NCBI RefSeq assembly: GCF_009914755.1
Contig: NC_060945.1
Direction: 5' to 3' (one strand)
Length of the DNA stretch: 64,000 bases
From: the human T2T-CHM13v2.0 reference genome, Homo sapiens
Below are positions 1 to 16,521 of the stretch, in pieces. Each line of letters begins with the position of its first letter. Position 1 is the stretch's first letter. Both the position numbers and the translations under genes were made by a program. The notes under the pieces are model-generated. The model did no database searches. It was not told the origin of the DNA and saw only the letters and a list, made by a program, of their open reading frames with translations.

Positions 1-155
1 GGTCTGCCACCACGCCTGGCTAATTTTTTTAATTTTTAGTAGAGACAGGATTTCACCATGTTGGCCAGGCTGGTCGCGAACTCCTGACCTTGTGATCTGC
101 CCACCTAGGCCTCCCAAAGTGCTGAGATTACAGGCATGAGCCACCATGCCCAGTC
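1..155 (-). mobile_element. AluS element (Sg-like), cut by window start
   Basis: Reverse-complement Alu left arm: ttttagtagagac...ggccaggctggtc...gaccttgtgat (2-bp deletion diagnostic)...cctcccaaagtgctg. Confidence 0.93.
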
Positions 156-156
156 A

Positions 157-466
157 TTGTTTTTTTGTTTTTGGTTTTTTTTGAGATGGAGTTTCGCTCT
201 TGTCACTTAGGGTGGAGTACAATTCGCAATCTCGGCTCACTGCAACCACTGACTCCCAGGTTCAAGCGATTCTCCTGCCTCAGCCTCCCGAGTAGCCGGG
301 GCTACAGGCGTACACCACCACTCCCACCTAATTTTTGTATTTTTAGTAGAGAGATGGGATTTCAACATGTTGGCCTGGCTGATCTCAAACTCCTGACCTC
401 AGGTGATCCGCCTGCCTCGGCCTCCCAAAGTTCCGAGATTACAGGCGTGCACCACCGCGCCTGGCT
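157..466 (-). mobile_element. AluS element (Sp/Sq-like), full length
   Basis: T-rich tail 157-182, then gagatggagtttcgctcttgtc and both arms ending gcctggc. Confidence 0.95.
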
Positions 467-627
467 GATCTTCTCTTTGAGTTTGATTAATTTGCTAGAG
501 TAGCTCACAGAAGTCAAGGAAACACTTATGTTTACTGGTTTATTATAAAGCATATTACAAAGGATACATATCAGTGATCAGACAAATGGAAGAGATGCAG
601 AGGGCAAGGCATTCAAGAACAGGTGCA

Positions 628-797
628 GGCTGGGTGTGGCCACACCTGTAATCCCAGCTACTTGGGAGGCTGAGGCACAAAAATTGCTTGAACCTGGGAG
701 TCAGAGGTTTCAGTGAGCCAAGATCATGCTACTGCACTCCAGCTCGGAATAAGACTGTATCTCAAAACAAAACAAAACAACAACAACAACAAAAAAT
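628..797 (+). mobile_element. Alu right monomer (FRAM-like or 5'-truncated Alu)
   Basis: ggctgggtgtgg...gcttgaacctgggag...cactccagc plus (AAAAC)/(AAC) tail; TSD acaggtgca at 619-627 and 798-806. Confidence 0.9.
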
Positions 798-1718
798 ACA
801 GGTGCAGAGCTTCCATGCCCTCTTTAGGTGTGTCACCCCACAGGGAACCTCCACTTGTTCAGCTATCTGGAAGCTCTGAACCCAGTCCTTTTAGATTTTC
901 ATGTTTCATGGAAGCCTCATTATATAGTCACGATTGATTGAATTATCTGCCATTAGTGATCAACTTAACCTCCAGCCTTTATTCTATCCCCCAAAGCTGG
1001 AGGGGCAGGCAAAAAGTCCAAACCCTCTAATCATGCCTTGGTTTTTCCTGTGACCAGCCCTGTGGTCATCTTATTTGCATCCTAGATACTCTTATGACTC
1101 TAGAGATTCCAGAAGTTATAAGAGCTATATATCAGGAAACAAGGATGAAGAACAAATATATATACAAGTGACCATGCAAAAATGCAGGGGTTAGGGGTGG
1201 CACAGTAAAAAATCCACTTAGAAATTTTGAGTCCCCAAAAGCTTAATTAATAGCCTACTGTTGACTGGAAGCCTTACTGATAACATAAGCAGTCAATTAA
1301 CACGTATTTTATTTTATATGCATTGTGTATTGTATTTTCACAATAAAGTTAGCTAGAGAGAAAAATGTTAGGAAAACTATAAAGAAAAAATATATCTACT
1401 ATTTATTAAGTGGAAGAGGATCATCATAAAGCTCTTCATCGTCCTCATCTTCACATTGAGTAGGCTGAGGTGGGGGAGGAAGAAAAGGGGGTGGTCCTGC
1501 TGTCTCAGTTGACAGAGGTGGAGGAGGTGGGGAAGGTAGAAACGGAGGCAAGAGAGGCAGATACACTTGGGTTATGAAAAGACATCCTAACTGATGTCTA
1601 ATTGCTTTTTAATTTCTCTAAAAATGTTTCTGTATGGCAACAACTCTTCCACCATTTTCTTTAATTTTTCCGCCCCTATCACAAAACAGTTTATGTCATA
1701 AAATAAGTCAAAATGGGT

Positions 1719-2624
1719 CTAGAATAACCGAAATCCCCCTGCCAAATTGTCTACTGTCAGTTTGTTTTCTGGCATTACTTCTTCTACATCTTCTTCCTCA
1801 TCACCTGGTACTGGTTTGGAACCACTTACCTCCATCAAATCTCCTTCCATTAATTCCTCCTGTGTGCTGTCTATTAACTCCAAGATTCTCCAAGATTCAT
1901 ATCTTGAACCCCCCTCCAACACATCATTTTTGCCATATCCGCTATCTCTTTCATGATTTGTTTGATTGTCTCTGTTGTAAGTCCTTAAGGTCATGCACAA
2001 CATCTGGACACAGTTTTTCCAGTAGGAATTTATTGTTTTAGGCTTGATGGCTTTCACAGCTTTTTCTGTAGCAACAGTGGCATCTTCAATGGTGTAATTC
2101 TTCCAGACTTTCATGATGTTCTACTGGGGTTCTCTTCCATAGCACTGACAATCCTTTCCATAAATTACCATGCATAATGAGCTTTAAAGATTCTTATGAC
2201 TCCCTTGTCTAGAGGATGAATTAGAGATGTTATGTTTGGGGGCAGGTAGGCCACTTCTACACCATCAGTGTTGAACTCATGGGGTTCTGGGTGGCTGGTG
2301 TCATTGCCCAGTATCATGAGAACTTTAAAGGCACTTTACTGGCAAAGTACTTTCTGATTCAGGGTCAAAGCATTGATGGAACCAATCCAGAAAGAGTGAA
2401 AGAGTTCCTGTTGTCCAGGCATTCTTGTTGTACAACCAAAAGACTGGCAGCTGGTGTTTATCTTTTACCCTCAAGGCTTGGGAGTTAGCAGCTTTATGGA
2501 CAAGGGCAGTCCTAATCATAAGCCAGACTGCATTTGCACAAAACAGTAGAGTTAGCCTATGCCTTCCTGCCTTAAATTGTGGTGCTTGCTTGCTTCTCTT
2601 CCTTACTGAAAAAAAAATGTCCAT
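1719..2624 (-). pseudogene. Decayed Tigger2 DDE transposase fragments
   Basis: ORFs 2325-2624 (FKAGRHRLTLLFCANA...LPVFWLYNKNAWT) and 1719-2114 (VWKNYTIEDA...) resemble pogo/TIGD transposase; frame broken by stops/frameshifts and an Alu. Confidence 0.85.
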
Positions 2625-2701
2625 TGTGACTTTTTGGGCACTTTTGTCTGCATTAAAAACCAGTTCAGGCAGAAAACCTTTCTCCTCAATGATTTTCTTA
2701 A

Positions 2702-3094
<393 letters not shown>

Positions 3095-5089
3095 TGAAAT
3101 TATCAAGCCATCCTTTGCTGGCATTAAATTTTCTAGTTTTACCTCCTTCACCTTCCTTTTGCTTTAAGTTGCCAAATAATAATTTCACTCTTTCTCAAAT
3201 CATATTAGTGTCTATACATATGTCTTTCTCACATTGATCTTAAAACCACATAAAAGGTGCACGTTCTATACAATATAAAAAAGTATTTTGCAGAAAGTAC
3301 TGGTGTAATTGCAGCTATAGCTTAATGAATTTTTCTTTTTTTGCAATGGTTGTTAAGCTGGATTCATTTCTCTTGAAACGCTGGGCAACTGCAACTGCAG
3401 ACCTCAATCTATGATATGTATCAAACAATTCAACTTTTTCTTGTAATGTGGTGACTTCTCTCTGTTTCTTGGGAGCACTTTCAGTAACACTAATAGCACT
3501 TCATATGGGCCCATGCTGTTATTCAAGGTTTACAATATTGCGCTAACATGAAAAATACATGAAAACTACAAGAGATATGTTTACTATGTAACATATTTTA
3601 CTGGAGAAAGAACTGATCACTTGAAGATGATTAGCTTCACATGGTGCTTTAAATGCATACTTGATCCTTTCAACATGAATTGGCAACAAAAGATGGCTAT
3701 AAAATTATTAAAATAGTACAGCTTATATGACTTAATTTTATGCAGTTATATAATACAGCATCTTTATGTTTGGTTACATTTCTCTGGACTGCAAATATCT
3801 TTGTAAGTGTTTGTGTTTGTACAGTTTGGTAAATTTTAACTTTTAATTGTAGATTTGTATCTATTTTATAGTAATAAATGATAAAATAGAGCAGTATTTA
3901 CATATATTTTATGCATTTTCATGACATATCTAACCTTTTCTGAATTTTTTCAAAATTTCTGTGCTACACTGTGAGTTTTTTCAAATTGTCACAAATTTCA
4001 CAAAAAAATTCAAATGTATCTATTGAAAAAAATCTGCATAACAGTGAGCCTTCACAGTTCAAGGCTGTGTTATTCAAGGGTTAGTTGTATATGTTATTAA
4101 AATTCACAATCTCACAAGGAGCTTATGCTGCTTTCTGACAGCCCAAGAATGCTTCCCATGCTAGCTCATGTCTTTATTTGATAGTAAATATGTTCCCCAC
4201 CTAAAAGATGTCTGAAGCCCATTAGCTTTACTCATGGTGCCAGAAGTAGTGTAATATTTTTTCTTCTCTTAGTGAATTTCTTTTCCAGAAAAAAGAGTTG
4301 AAACTTAATAAGATCAATATAGAAGGCCAAAAGTTGTCCTGAGCAATGGGGTTATTTCTTAACCAGATGCTTGTCTCTTCTCCCCAGCTGCAACATTCCT
4401 CTGTACTGAATTTCTTTAGTGCCAAGGGGGATAAGTGGAAAGAGATGAAAATATAGCTGCTGTTGCATGGATGACCCCATTCACTCTGACTCCTTCAGCA
4501 AGTTTCATTTTTCCTTATAATTCTCGGAGGAATGCTTTGCCTAACCACCTACCCCAACATCTAGGATTTACTTTTAAGATGGTCAGTTAATATTGCTTGA
4601 ACATAAACTTTTGGCCAGAGTAACTGGAAATTTAAGTTTATTAAACTTTTACATACTTAACTATGGTCTACAGGGTATTTTAAACTCTGCCATTTGGGTT
4701 TAGATCTGCTTTTTTACCCCCACCCCCAAATGTGCAGCAGTGTGAAATGTATGAGAACTAATTGGATAAAGTAATTTTTTTAAGACCTTGGTATCTTATT
4801 TCTGCCAGATAATAGAGAACAAATATAAAATATTCCCATGATTAAACACACCAGATACAGCTTGAATTTTTAGAATATTAAACAGGAGTGATAATGAGGA
4901 AGAACTTAGGTCCCTAATTACAAAAGGTTTACACACACACAGACACACACACACATCATATTAAGAATGTAAGTAAATCAAGTTACAACACAATATATGC
5001 AGTAAGATTTCCTTTCTTATAAAGCCAACTATATCAAGCAAATTAAAGTCACATATATGGAATATAATTTAATCTGTTTTACAAGTGAG

Positions 5090-5250
5090 GGCTGGGGGTG
5101 GTGGCTCAAGCCTGTAATCCTAGCTCTTTGGGAGGCTGAGACAGAAGGATAGCTTGAGCCCAGGAGTCTGAGACCAGCCTGAGAAATATAGTGAGACCAT
5201 TGTCTTCACAAAATAAATAAATAAATAAATAAATTTCTAAAAATTAAAAA
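5090..5250 (+). mobile_element. FLAM/AluJ left monomer with (TAAA)n tail
   Basis: ggctggg...gcttgagcccaggagt...gtgagacc, then A-rich tail. Confidence 0.88.
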
Positions 5251-5252
5251 TA

Positions 5253-5487
5253 GGGTAGGTACGGTGGGCCACGCCTGTAAACCTAGCACTTTGTGGGGGC
5301 CAAGATGTGCAGATCACTTGAGGTCAGGAGTTCAAGACCAGCCTGGCCAACATGGTGGAACGCTGTCTCTAATTACTTGAACCCAGGAGGTGGAGGTTGC
5401 AGTTAGCCAAGATCGCACCACTTCACTCCAGCCTGGTCGACAGGGCAAGACCCCTGTCTCAAAAATAAATTAATATTACAAAAAAGG
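5253..5487 (+). mobile_element. AluS with ~75-bp internal deletion, inserted in the tail of the preceding monomer
   Basis: Left arm joins the middle of the right arm directly (gtctct|aattacttgaaccc); tacaagtga at 5080-5088 and 5488-5496 flanks both elements. Confidence 0.88.
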
Positions 5488-6334
5488 TACAAGTGATTAT
5501 GTATTTTTCATACAATGCATATTTCCTGAAAACACATTCAGTTTAGTAGTTACATTAGGGGAACAGAATACTATCATTATGGAAAGGAAGGCATCTTTAT
5601 TTTATGCTTTGTATGCTTCTGTATGACTAGATTTTTTAAACCTCATGAAGGTATTACCTTTCCAAACAGTCTGCTATGATATTTATTGAACAAGTATTCA
5701 AATGTTTCCTTTGCATAGTTTACTACTTGGTGGTATTCTGCTTAGCAATGTCTATTGGAAGGTCCCAGTATATCCAATATAAATAAATGAAATAACATTG
5801 TACTATATTATTAGACTGTATTATTGGATTACATAAAAGTTTTTTTCTGATAAGAATGTCTGTTATATTTTTCTCTTCTTATTTCACAGTGATTAGGCTG
5901 ACTGACTTTCTCTTTCACTTGCTGTTAGGATTTCTGGGGACATTACTTCCCATCTCCCTTATCTAGTCAGTTCAGTTCACCATTTTGCAACCAGGACTAT
6001 CATTCACAAGCCTGGCAAAGCCTGACTGTGAAGTCTGTACCTCTACTCTCGCCTACTCCTTAGATGAAATGACCTGGAAGTAACACTACTTCTTATTGAT
6101 CCTCCTGGCTATCATATCCCGTTCACCTTCTTCCAGGTTTATCCAAGATACCCTAATAATGTTTCCTATGCAAGGTAATCTTTTAACACAAGTCTAACTC
6201 CCACTTTCTGATTTCACACCTTCTACTGAGACTGAGCTTCTGATAGTATCAATACTCATATATAAGTTATTTTAACATGCATACATATATATTCTTGGAG
6301 GAGTAGACAGTACACATTTTTTATAGACTCATGC

Positions 6335-6540
6335 AGTGGGGTTTAAATACAATTTAGCTATTATGTAATTTTTGGCAAGTTTCTTAGCTTCTCTAAATCT
6401 TAGTTTCCAAATATGTTAAAAGAAAGTATATAAAAATTACCAACTTACAATTTCATTTTGAGGATGAAATGAATTATTGTACCCAAAGTACTTAAAGCAG
6501 CACCTAGCACAGAAAAATATGAAATAAAGATAGACCATTT
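6335..6540 (+). mobile_element. MIR fragment
   Basis: ttggcaagtttcttagcttctctaaatcttagtttcc...gaggatgaaatga...aaagtacttaaagcagcacctagcacag. Confidence 0.7.
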
Positions 6541-6939
6541 TGATTATTTCATAGAAAGAAATGTCATGGTATTACTTATTATTAATGAATATGTTGAAGG
6601 AATAATTAGTAAAAATGAATATATGATATATATTGCAGTGCTTTGCATTGATGGCCTGATGCAAATAGCAGTAATTACTTACACAGGATGGCTAACATTT
6701 CTGGGAAAGACATTCTAATCAATAGTTGCTATCTGTGGTAGGTTAAGTGTTTGAATTAAAAAAAAAAAAAGCAGTAATTCATTGTGATACTTCCAAATGC
6801 ACTGTTCACATTTTAAGTTGGAGACAGATTATTACAAGAAATAGGAAAGATAATCCTAAATCTTAGTCAATTTTTTTTCTCATTACAGATTTTAAAAAGT
6901 GACTAGTAAGGGAGAATTTTGAGAGTCTAGAAAACCTGG

Positions 6940-7170
6940 AGGGAAAGAAAAAAGAGGGAAGGAAGGAGAGAAAAAAGGAAGGAAAGAAGGAAGAAAGGAA
7001 AAAAAGGAGGAAGGGAGGGAGGAGATAAAGGAAAGAAAAGGAAAAGAAAAAAGGCAGAAAGAAAAGAGAAAGAAAGAAAAAGAAATAGAAAGAAAGAAGG
7101 AAAGAGAATGGAAGAAAAAGAAAAGAAAAGAAAAGAAAGAAAGGTAGAAAAGAAAGAAGTAATGGAAGAA
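6940..7170 (+). repeat. Polypurine (GAAA/GGAA-rich) low-complexity tract
   Basis: ~230 nt of almost exclusively A/G. Confidence 0.95.
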
Positions 7171-8254
7171 ATTTGAGTATTAACAGAGGGCACTCAGGTT
7201 TCCAATTCAATACATCTCCTATGCATATTCTACAAATTAGATTGTCAAATATTCAGCTTCTCTCAGAAATTTAGGCTATTAGCCATTTACAACTTACTTT
7301 GAATTAATTTAATCAGATTATCAGATTAGGATTTTGCTTAGTGACTGCCAAAATCAGCCACCCTGAGGAAATTGGAGTTTTGATTGAAAAGTGGAACTGA
7401 CAGGAAGTTTGGTTTGAAAGCACAGGGCTCTTGCTGGAGGAGGAGGGATTGTGGGTGTTCAGTGAGTTAGAAGAGCCTGAGATAGCCAGAGGGAAGCATG
7501 AGGGTACTGGATGCCTGGGCAAAGATTAAGAGAATTTGCCAAGAGGTGGGACATTTCCAAGACAAACAGCATACTTTACACTTTGGCTAAAGTCCCTCAT
7601 GGCAGTACTCATTTTTGATATGTGCTCTCACTACATTTAATCGCAGTGACAGTTGTGAGATTAGAGGTACCGCTTTCTTCAAAAGGATCATTGAAAGTTG
7701 TGGGTTTATCCTTGTGTTTCTGTTTAGTTTTTTATCATACTAGTTTTATTTGTAAACCAAAATGCATTATATTTTAGACCTTTGCTCCAAAAGGCTAATG
7801 TAATAATTTTTTTAATGGACTTAAGATTTTAACTCTAAAACCTCATCAACATTCCATATATTATGATTCACATGGGACTTGTAAAAGACAGACTCCACAC
7901 TTCAGAACTGCAATGGGCTTTTTGTTCCCACTGCTGAGTATTTCCGACTTCTTTTGAAGGTTATAAATTTACAACTTAGTATGTTTTATGGTGTGGTGAA
8001 TATTGCGGAGAATGATCTGGCCAGATGAAAATGGGATTCTGTTGGCCCTCAATGTTCTTTTCTTGAGAGACCTACTCTGCATTTTAATACATGTTATACT
8101 ATCTTCAAGTTTTAACCAAAATGTTAATTTGATTTTTTTTTTCTTTCAGTCAGGAACTTTTTGATGACATATTTGTATTCCACATTTCTTCACTTGTCCC
8201 AGTGTTTTATTGGGAAAGTGTTGAGGTGTCTTGGGATCTCTTCTGACTCGTTAA

Positions 8255-8515
8255 GCATGGAGAATGATTGGTTGTTAAACGCAGTAGGGGAATATTAGTA
8301 GGAAAAAACTGTTTTGGTTTTATGAATGGAGATGGGTGCCTGTCGACATTTAGAAATAAGGTTGGAGCACTATACTGGTGTATGTGCTGAAGATTTGGAG
8401 GTCATCAAACAACCTATATGTAAGAGTCAATGAGATTTAAAAGAATTGAAAAGAAAATCAGATATAAGAGAAGAACAAAACAGGAGAAACAATGTCATGG
8501 AAACTAAGGGAGTAG
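8255..8515 (-). mobile_element. L2 fragment
   Basis: gatttggaggtcatca and gtcatggaaactaaggga resemble L2 motifs. Confidence 0.55.
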
Positions 8516-9249
8516 TTTTACTACTTTAATGTATATTTCTCAGAAATTGCTTTTTGGACATTACTTCCATACTTGAGAAAATATTTCTGTAACATACCTA
8601 TTCAAGTGTTTAGATTAATTATTTTTTTCTGATTAAAACATTTTGCTCATGTATCTTTTAATTTTTAATTTTAGTACAATTGTATATTTACAAAATTATT
8701 GAAAAGATAATACAGAGAGCTCCCCACACTCAGTTTCTCAAATCTATCATATTAGTATGATATATTTATCACAATTAATGAAACATAATTGATACCTGGT
8801 AACACACCAAAGTCTATATGTTATTTAAATCTCCTCAGTGTTTCCCCAACACCCTCTTTCTATTCCATGATGATGTGCAGGGGTACCACATTCCATTTAG
8901 TAGTCGTATCACCTTAGTCTATTCTTGGTTGTGACAGTTTCTCAGACATTTCTTGCTTCTAATGACCTTTATAATTTTGTGGCTTACGGGTCACTTGTTC
9001 TGTGTAACATTCCTCAATTGGAATTTATCTGATATTTATCTCAGGCTTAGACTGGAGTCATGCATTTTAAGAGGAGGACCACAAAGATAAATTGCCATTC
9101 TCATCACCTGTTATCAAAGATGAATACTATCAAAATAACTTATCATTATTGATGTTGACATTGATCAGCTAGCTTGTGGAAGTGTTAATCAGATTTCCCC
9201 ACTGTAAAACCAATTATTTTCTTTCTGTCTCTTTCAACATCGTGCTTTT

Positions 9250-9252
9250 ATA

Positions 9253-9304
<52 letters not shown>

Positions 9305-9358
9305 TATATATATACACACACATATATATATATACACACACACACACTATATATGTAT
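9250..9358. repeat. (TA)n/(CA)n compound microsatellite at the L1PA tail position
   Basis: Lies between the left TSD and the L1 3' end. Confidence 0.9.
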
Positions 9359-9629
9359 TTTTATTACACTTTAAGTTCTAGGGTACATGTGCACAATGTG
9401 CAGGTTTGTTACATACGTATACATGTGCCATGTATACATATGTATACATGAGCCACGTATACATGTATACATGATACATGTATACATGAGCCATGTTGGT
9501 GTGCTGCACCCATTAACTCGTCATTTACATTAGGTATTTCTCCTAATGCTATCCCTCCCCCCTCCCCCCACCCCACAACAGGCCCCGGTGTGTAATGTCC
9601 CCCTTCCTGTGTCCAAGTGTTCTCATTGT

Positions 9630-11573
<1,944 letters not shown>

Positions 11574-11592
11574 CCCATCAATACCTAATTTA

Positions 11593-11811
<219 letters not shown>

Positions 11812-12521
11812 TTATTGAGGATTTTTGCATCGGTGTTCATCAGAGATATTGGTCGAAAATTCTCTTTTTTTGTTGTGTCTCTGCCAGGCTTTGGTATCAG
11901 GATGATGCTGGCCTCATAAAATGAGTTAGGGAGGATTCCCTCTTTTTCTATTGATTGGAATAGTTTCAGAAGGAACAGTACAAACTCCTTCTTGTACCTC
12001 TGGTATAATTTGGCTGTGAATCTGTCTGGTCCTGGACTTTTTTTGGTTGGTAGGCTATTAATTATTGCCTCAAGTTCAGAGCCTGTTATTGGTCTACTCA
12101 GAGATTCAACTTCTTCCTTATTTAGTCTTGGGAGGGTGTATGTGTCCAGGAATTTATCAATTTCTTCTAGATTTTCTAGTTTATTTGCATAGAGTTGTTT
12201 ATAGTCTTTTCTGATGGTAGTTTGTATTTCTGTGGGATCGGTGGTGATATCCCCTTTATCATTTTTTATTGCGTCTATTTGATTCTTCCCTCTTTTCTTC
12301 TTTATTAGTCTTGCTAGTGGTCTATCAATTTTGTTGATCTTTTCAAAAGACCAGCTCCTGGATTCATTGATTTTTTGAAGGGCTTTTTGTGTCTCTGCCT
12401 CCTTCAGTTAACATCATGCTTTTTGAAAAGAGGTCACTACACTCAGCCGCCAGTTAACAAACAAGTGAAAAATTATGTTCTACCTCTTTAAGAATATATA
12501 TATATATATTCCTAAATCCTA

Positions 12522-12954
<433 letters not shown>

Positions 12955-15649
12955 TTATTCATCTAATCATTTACTTACATCAGTATGGATTCATGGATAT
13001 TTATTTTATACTTGGGTTATCAACCAATACTACTTTACTTTGTTGTTTAAATTGTTTCAGCATTAGTAATTGGGACTTCTTTCAGCTGTCACTTATATGC
13101 TTTTTTTAAATATCCCACCATTGTTTATTTTTATTTTATTTTTTAGCACTTACTTTCTTTGTGGCACTATGCTCCAGGTCCACCTTATATATTTCTTGTC
13201 AAGTCCTAGAATCAAGCATTTCTCTAAGGAGTCCTAGTGTCTTTGATTGGAGAATGGTATTAGAAACTAATATCTGGTTTCTAGGTATGCTCACTTCCAC
13301 GGTGCTGTCATTGCTTCTAGACCTTCTCAGCTGACAGAACATGAACATAGATTTATTTTGATCTTCTTTAATTTTTTTATCAGTGTTTTGTAGTTTTGCA
13401 CATATACATGCCATACATATTCTGTTACATGTATATCTAAGTACATAATGTTTAGATTCTATTATGAATAATATTTTTAAAATTTCAAAAGTCAAGTGTT
13501 TATTTCTGGTAAAGGGGAAAGCATTTGACTGTTGTGTATTAAGCTTGTGTCCTAAAACCTTGCCAAATTGGCTTTTTTTTTTTTAATTTCTTTGGGATTT
13601 TCTATATAGACATATCATGTGTGACTAGACAGTTTTATATATTCCTTTCCAATATTTATGTTTCATTTCCTTGTCTTGTATTATTTCATCAGCTAGGACT
13701 GCTGGTATGATGCTGAATAGGAGCAGTGACAGGGAACATCCTTGTCTTTTCTCTGTCTTGGGGGAGAGTATCTAGTTTCTCACTGTTAGGTATGATGCTA
13801 GTAGCTATTTTGTAGATGTTCTTCATCAATCTGAAGATGTTCTCCTCTATTTTTAGTTTGCTAACAGTTTTTATCCTGCTTGAGTGTTGGATTTTGTGAA
13901 ATGTTGTGTCTTGTGTCAATTGATATGATCATATTTTGTGTTGACTTTCAAAAATTGAACCAACCTCGCATATATGAAATAAAGACCACATGGTCTTCGG
14001 GTATAATTATTTCAATACATTGCTAAATTATACTGGCTAATGTTTTATTAAGGATTTTTATGTCTACCTCCATGAAGGATAAGGGTGTACAAATTTCCTT
14101 TCTTGTAATATATTTATCTAATTTTGGCATTAGGAGTAATGCTGGCCTCATTCAATGCGTTAGAAAGCGTTCCTCTGCTTTTATGTTTTGGAGGGGATTA
14201 TGGGAAACTGATGTGAGTTCTTCCTTAAATATTTGGTAGAACTCACCTGTGAAACCATTTGGATCCAGTGGTTTCTTTGGGGAAAGATTATGAATTATTA
14301 TCTCAACTTATTTTAGATATATGGCTGTTCGTGTCATCAATTTCTCTGTGTGTGTTTAGATTGTTCTTAATCTTTCTGAAACTAAAAAATATATTTGATA
14401 AAATATAAAAGTGCCTCTAGAGATTCCCTCAAAAAAAAAAAAGCAGATTTATAGGCTTAGAAAATGGAATGAAGCTGGTAATGTTTAAAAAAAATTATAC
14501 TGAGAATGCAAAATCATTTTTGAAATTCTGGTCAAATTAATAAGATAGATATCTTCCCTCCATTACTTCAATGTACCATATTTTTGTTTGTTTGTTTGCA
14601 TGTATCTGTGTGCCTCTCTGTTTGCTAAATTAAAAAAATTTCTATTTTGACAATTACATGTCATATTATGTTTTATTTTAAATTATTTCCATATGACCTT
14701 TGTGGAGAAGATTTACTTAATCATTTAAGCTTATTTTCTTTATAATAGTTTGAGTTGTTTCATGATCACATTCAACTTAATTTAACTTTATTTGAAATTG
14801 TTTCTCAATGTATTCTGGTTATTCTCATTAAGAAATAGGTGTTCAAAATACCATGTCATTATTAGCATATCTTGCTTAAAGTGAAAGCCATTGTAGCATG
14901 GTTTGCAATTTACTTTGGAGTAACAATGGGGTTTTGTGAAGAAAGATTATGTCTCAGATTTTATTTTAAAATGTTAGAATTTCAAGAGATAAATAGTCTT
15001 CTTGGTCTCAACTAGCATGAGAAGTAGAGGGGAAATATTTTCATAAAAAGTAAAAGAGACTAACAATTGTAGTTTCACGCAACCAATATTATATTAGTTG
15101 TTTTAAGACAATGACATCATGTAGCTGTAGGATGACAAAAAAAATGGCATTTTTCAAATAGCACCTTTCTCCATAATTTGTTTATTATAATTATTTGAAT
15201 ATGTGATAATTACTAATATTGTCATAATAGTCTGCCACATTTACGAAAACACTGGACGTTACCACCTCAGCATTTTAATTGCTCACCACAGTGCCATTTT
15301 CTTTAGGACTGGTTGTTTTGCTTTCAGTTTGCTTCCTAGACTATCATCATGAGATCAAAAGCTGTGTTTTTTATACCACATGACAGCCCGATGCCCCACA
15401 CAGGGTCAGCATTAAACTGAATTTTTGATAGGATCAGGTGAGCCAAAGGATGAATAAATGAGTACTCACGTTCAGGTGGCATCAGGTGGGAATTGTGGCT
15501 AGGTAAAATGGCATCTTGTTACAATGGTAATTTCAGTCACCTATTCCTTACCTCTTCTGGGCAGGCGGATTGATTTGCAATTGGCTTCTTTTCTTCTTTC
15601 TCACTCTACTAATACTAGATGGAAATCTCATTGACTCTTAACAACAAAG

Positions 15650-15751
15650 CAATTATCTTACCATATTCACAGGTTCTACCCCACCTACTAGGGAAGTAAA
15701 AGTATACAGGTAGTGGAAATCTTGGGGCCATCTTAGAATCCTGCCCACCAC
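15650..15751 (-). mobile_element. MLT1E-like MaLR LTR 5' fragment
   Basis: ggggccatcttagaatcctgcccaccaca is the reverse complement of the MLT1E-type start TGTGGTAGGCAGAATTCTAAGATGGCCCC. Confidence 0.7.
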
Positions 15752-16521
15752 AAGCAGCAAAATATTCCTACTCCATTATGTTTCCCATAGCTACCTTGTG
15801 TCTTCCAACTTCGTGTGAGTGGTGTGTTTGTTGCTTTGCTTATGGGCAAAGATGATTTTTTGGGGGAGATATTTGATTAACCTTCTAATTTCTTTTATCT
15901 TTGACACCTTCAGTCTTCCTTCATTTACCTTTATACAGACTTTTTTATAAGGCCACTTTTCTTTTCCTTTTTCCTTTAGGGTCTCTTCCCTTTGCATAGA
16001 TTATTGGAACTCTCCACTTACAAAGACTAGCTTTTATGCTTCCAACTCTTGATATAAAGTTTTTATCTAGCATCAGAACTTGAATGTGAGTTGTCCATGT
16101 GTCAGAACTGTCTTTCAAAATCAAAAGTTTCACATACCATTTTCAATTAACCCAAAGGAAATGCTAGGCACCTATTTATTCCACAATTATTTTTAAAGTC
16201 TGTATGTATTAATTGTGTACATACTATTTTATTATTTACAAAGTGAGTTAAGCACAGTATTCCTGTTCAAAATATGAAAATAAGTATCATGGAAAAGTGG
16301 CAAATGTGTCTTGTGTTCCTTCATTTTTAGCACCTTGTTATTCCTTTTATATAAAACTCTGGTGTACACACAGTTTTTCCTCTTTTCTGGAAAATGTGAA
16401 TAAATTACATTTCCTTTGTACATTCCATGCTGTCTTAGACAAAATCAAACACTTGAGTATAGAAATGAATTGTATTCCAGTAGTAGATAGGACAATTTTT
16501 CACTCCTTTCAACTTAGGCAT

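Noticed and set aside
165-503. Alu-derived ORFs (also 2720-3097, 29052-29367, 36492-36767, 39015-39362, 40740-40928, 46546-46853)
   Set aside because: Typical antisense-Alu translations ([19 protein letters not shown]); annotation artefacts.
1719-2624. Domesticated TIGD-like transposase gene
   Set aside because: Frame is fragmented and interrupted by an Alu, and it sits between TIRs as an ordinary Tigger2 fossil.
5860-6180. Possible exon (acceptor ttatttcacAG 5889 or cttcttccAG 6136; donor AAG|GTAATC 6174)
   Set aside because: Weak donor, no coding signal, and such motif pairs are frequent in AT-rich introns; unsupported without RNA data.
6863-7210. F/L/S-rich 'membrane protein' ORFs
   Set aside because: Translation of the polypyrimidine strand of a simple repeat; likewise the CV/YI/HT ORFs at 48008-48288 and 61800-62011.
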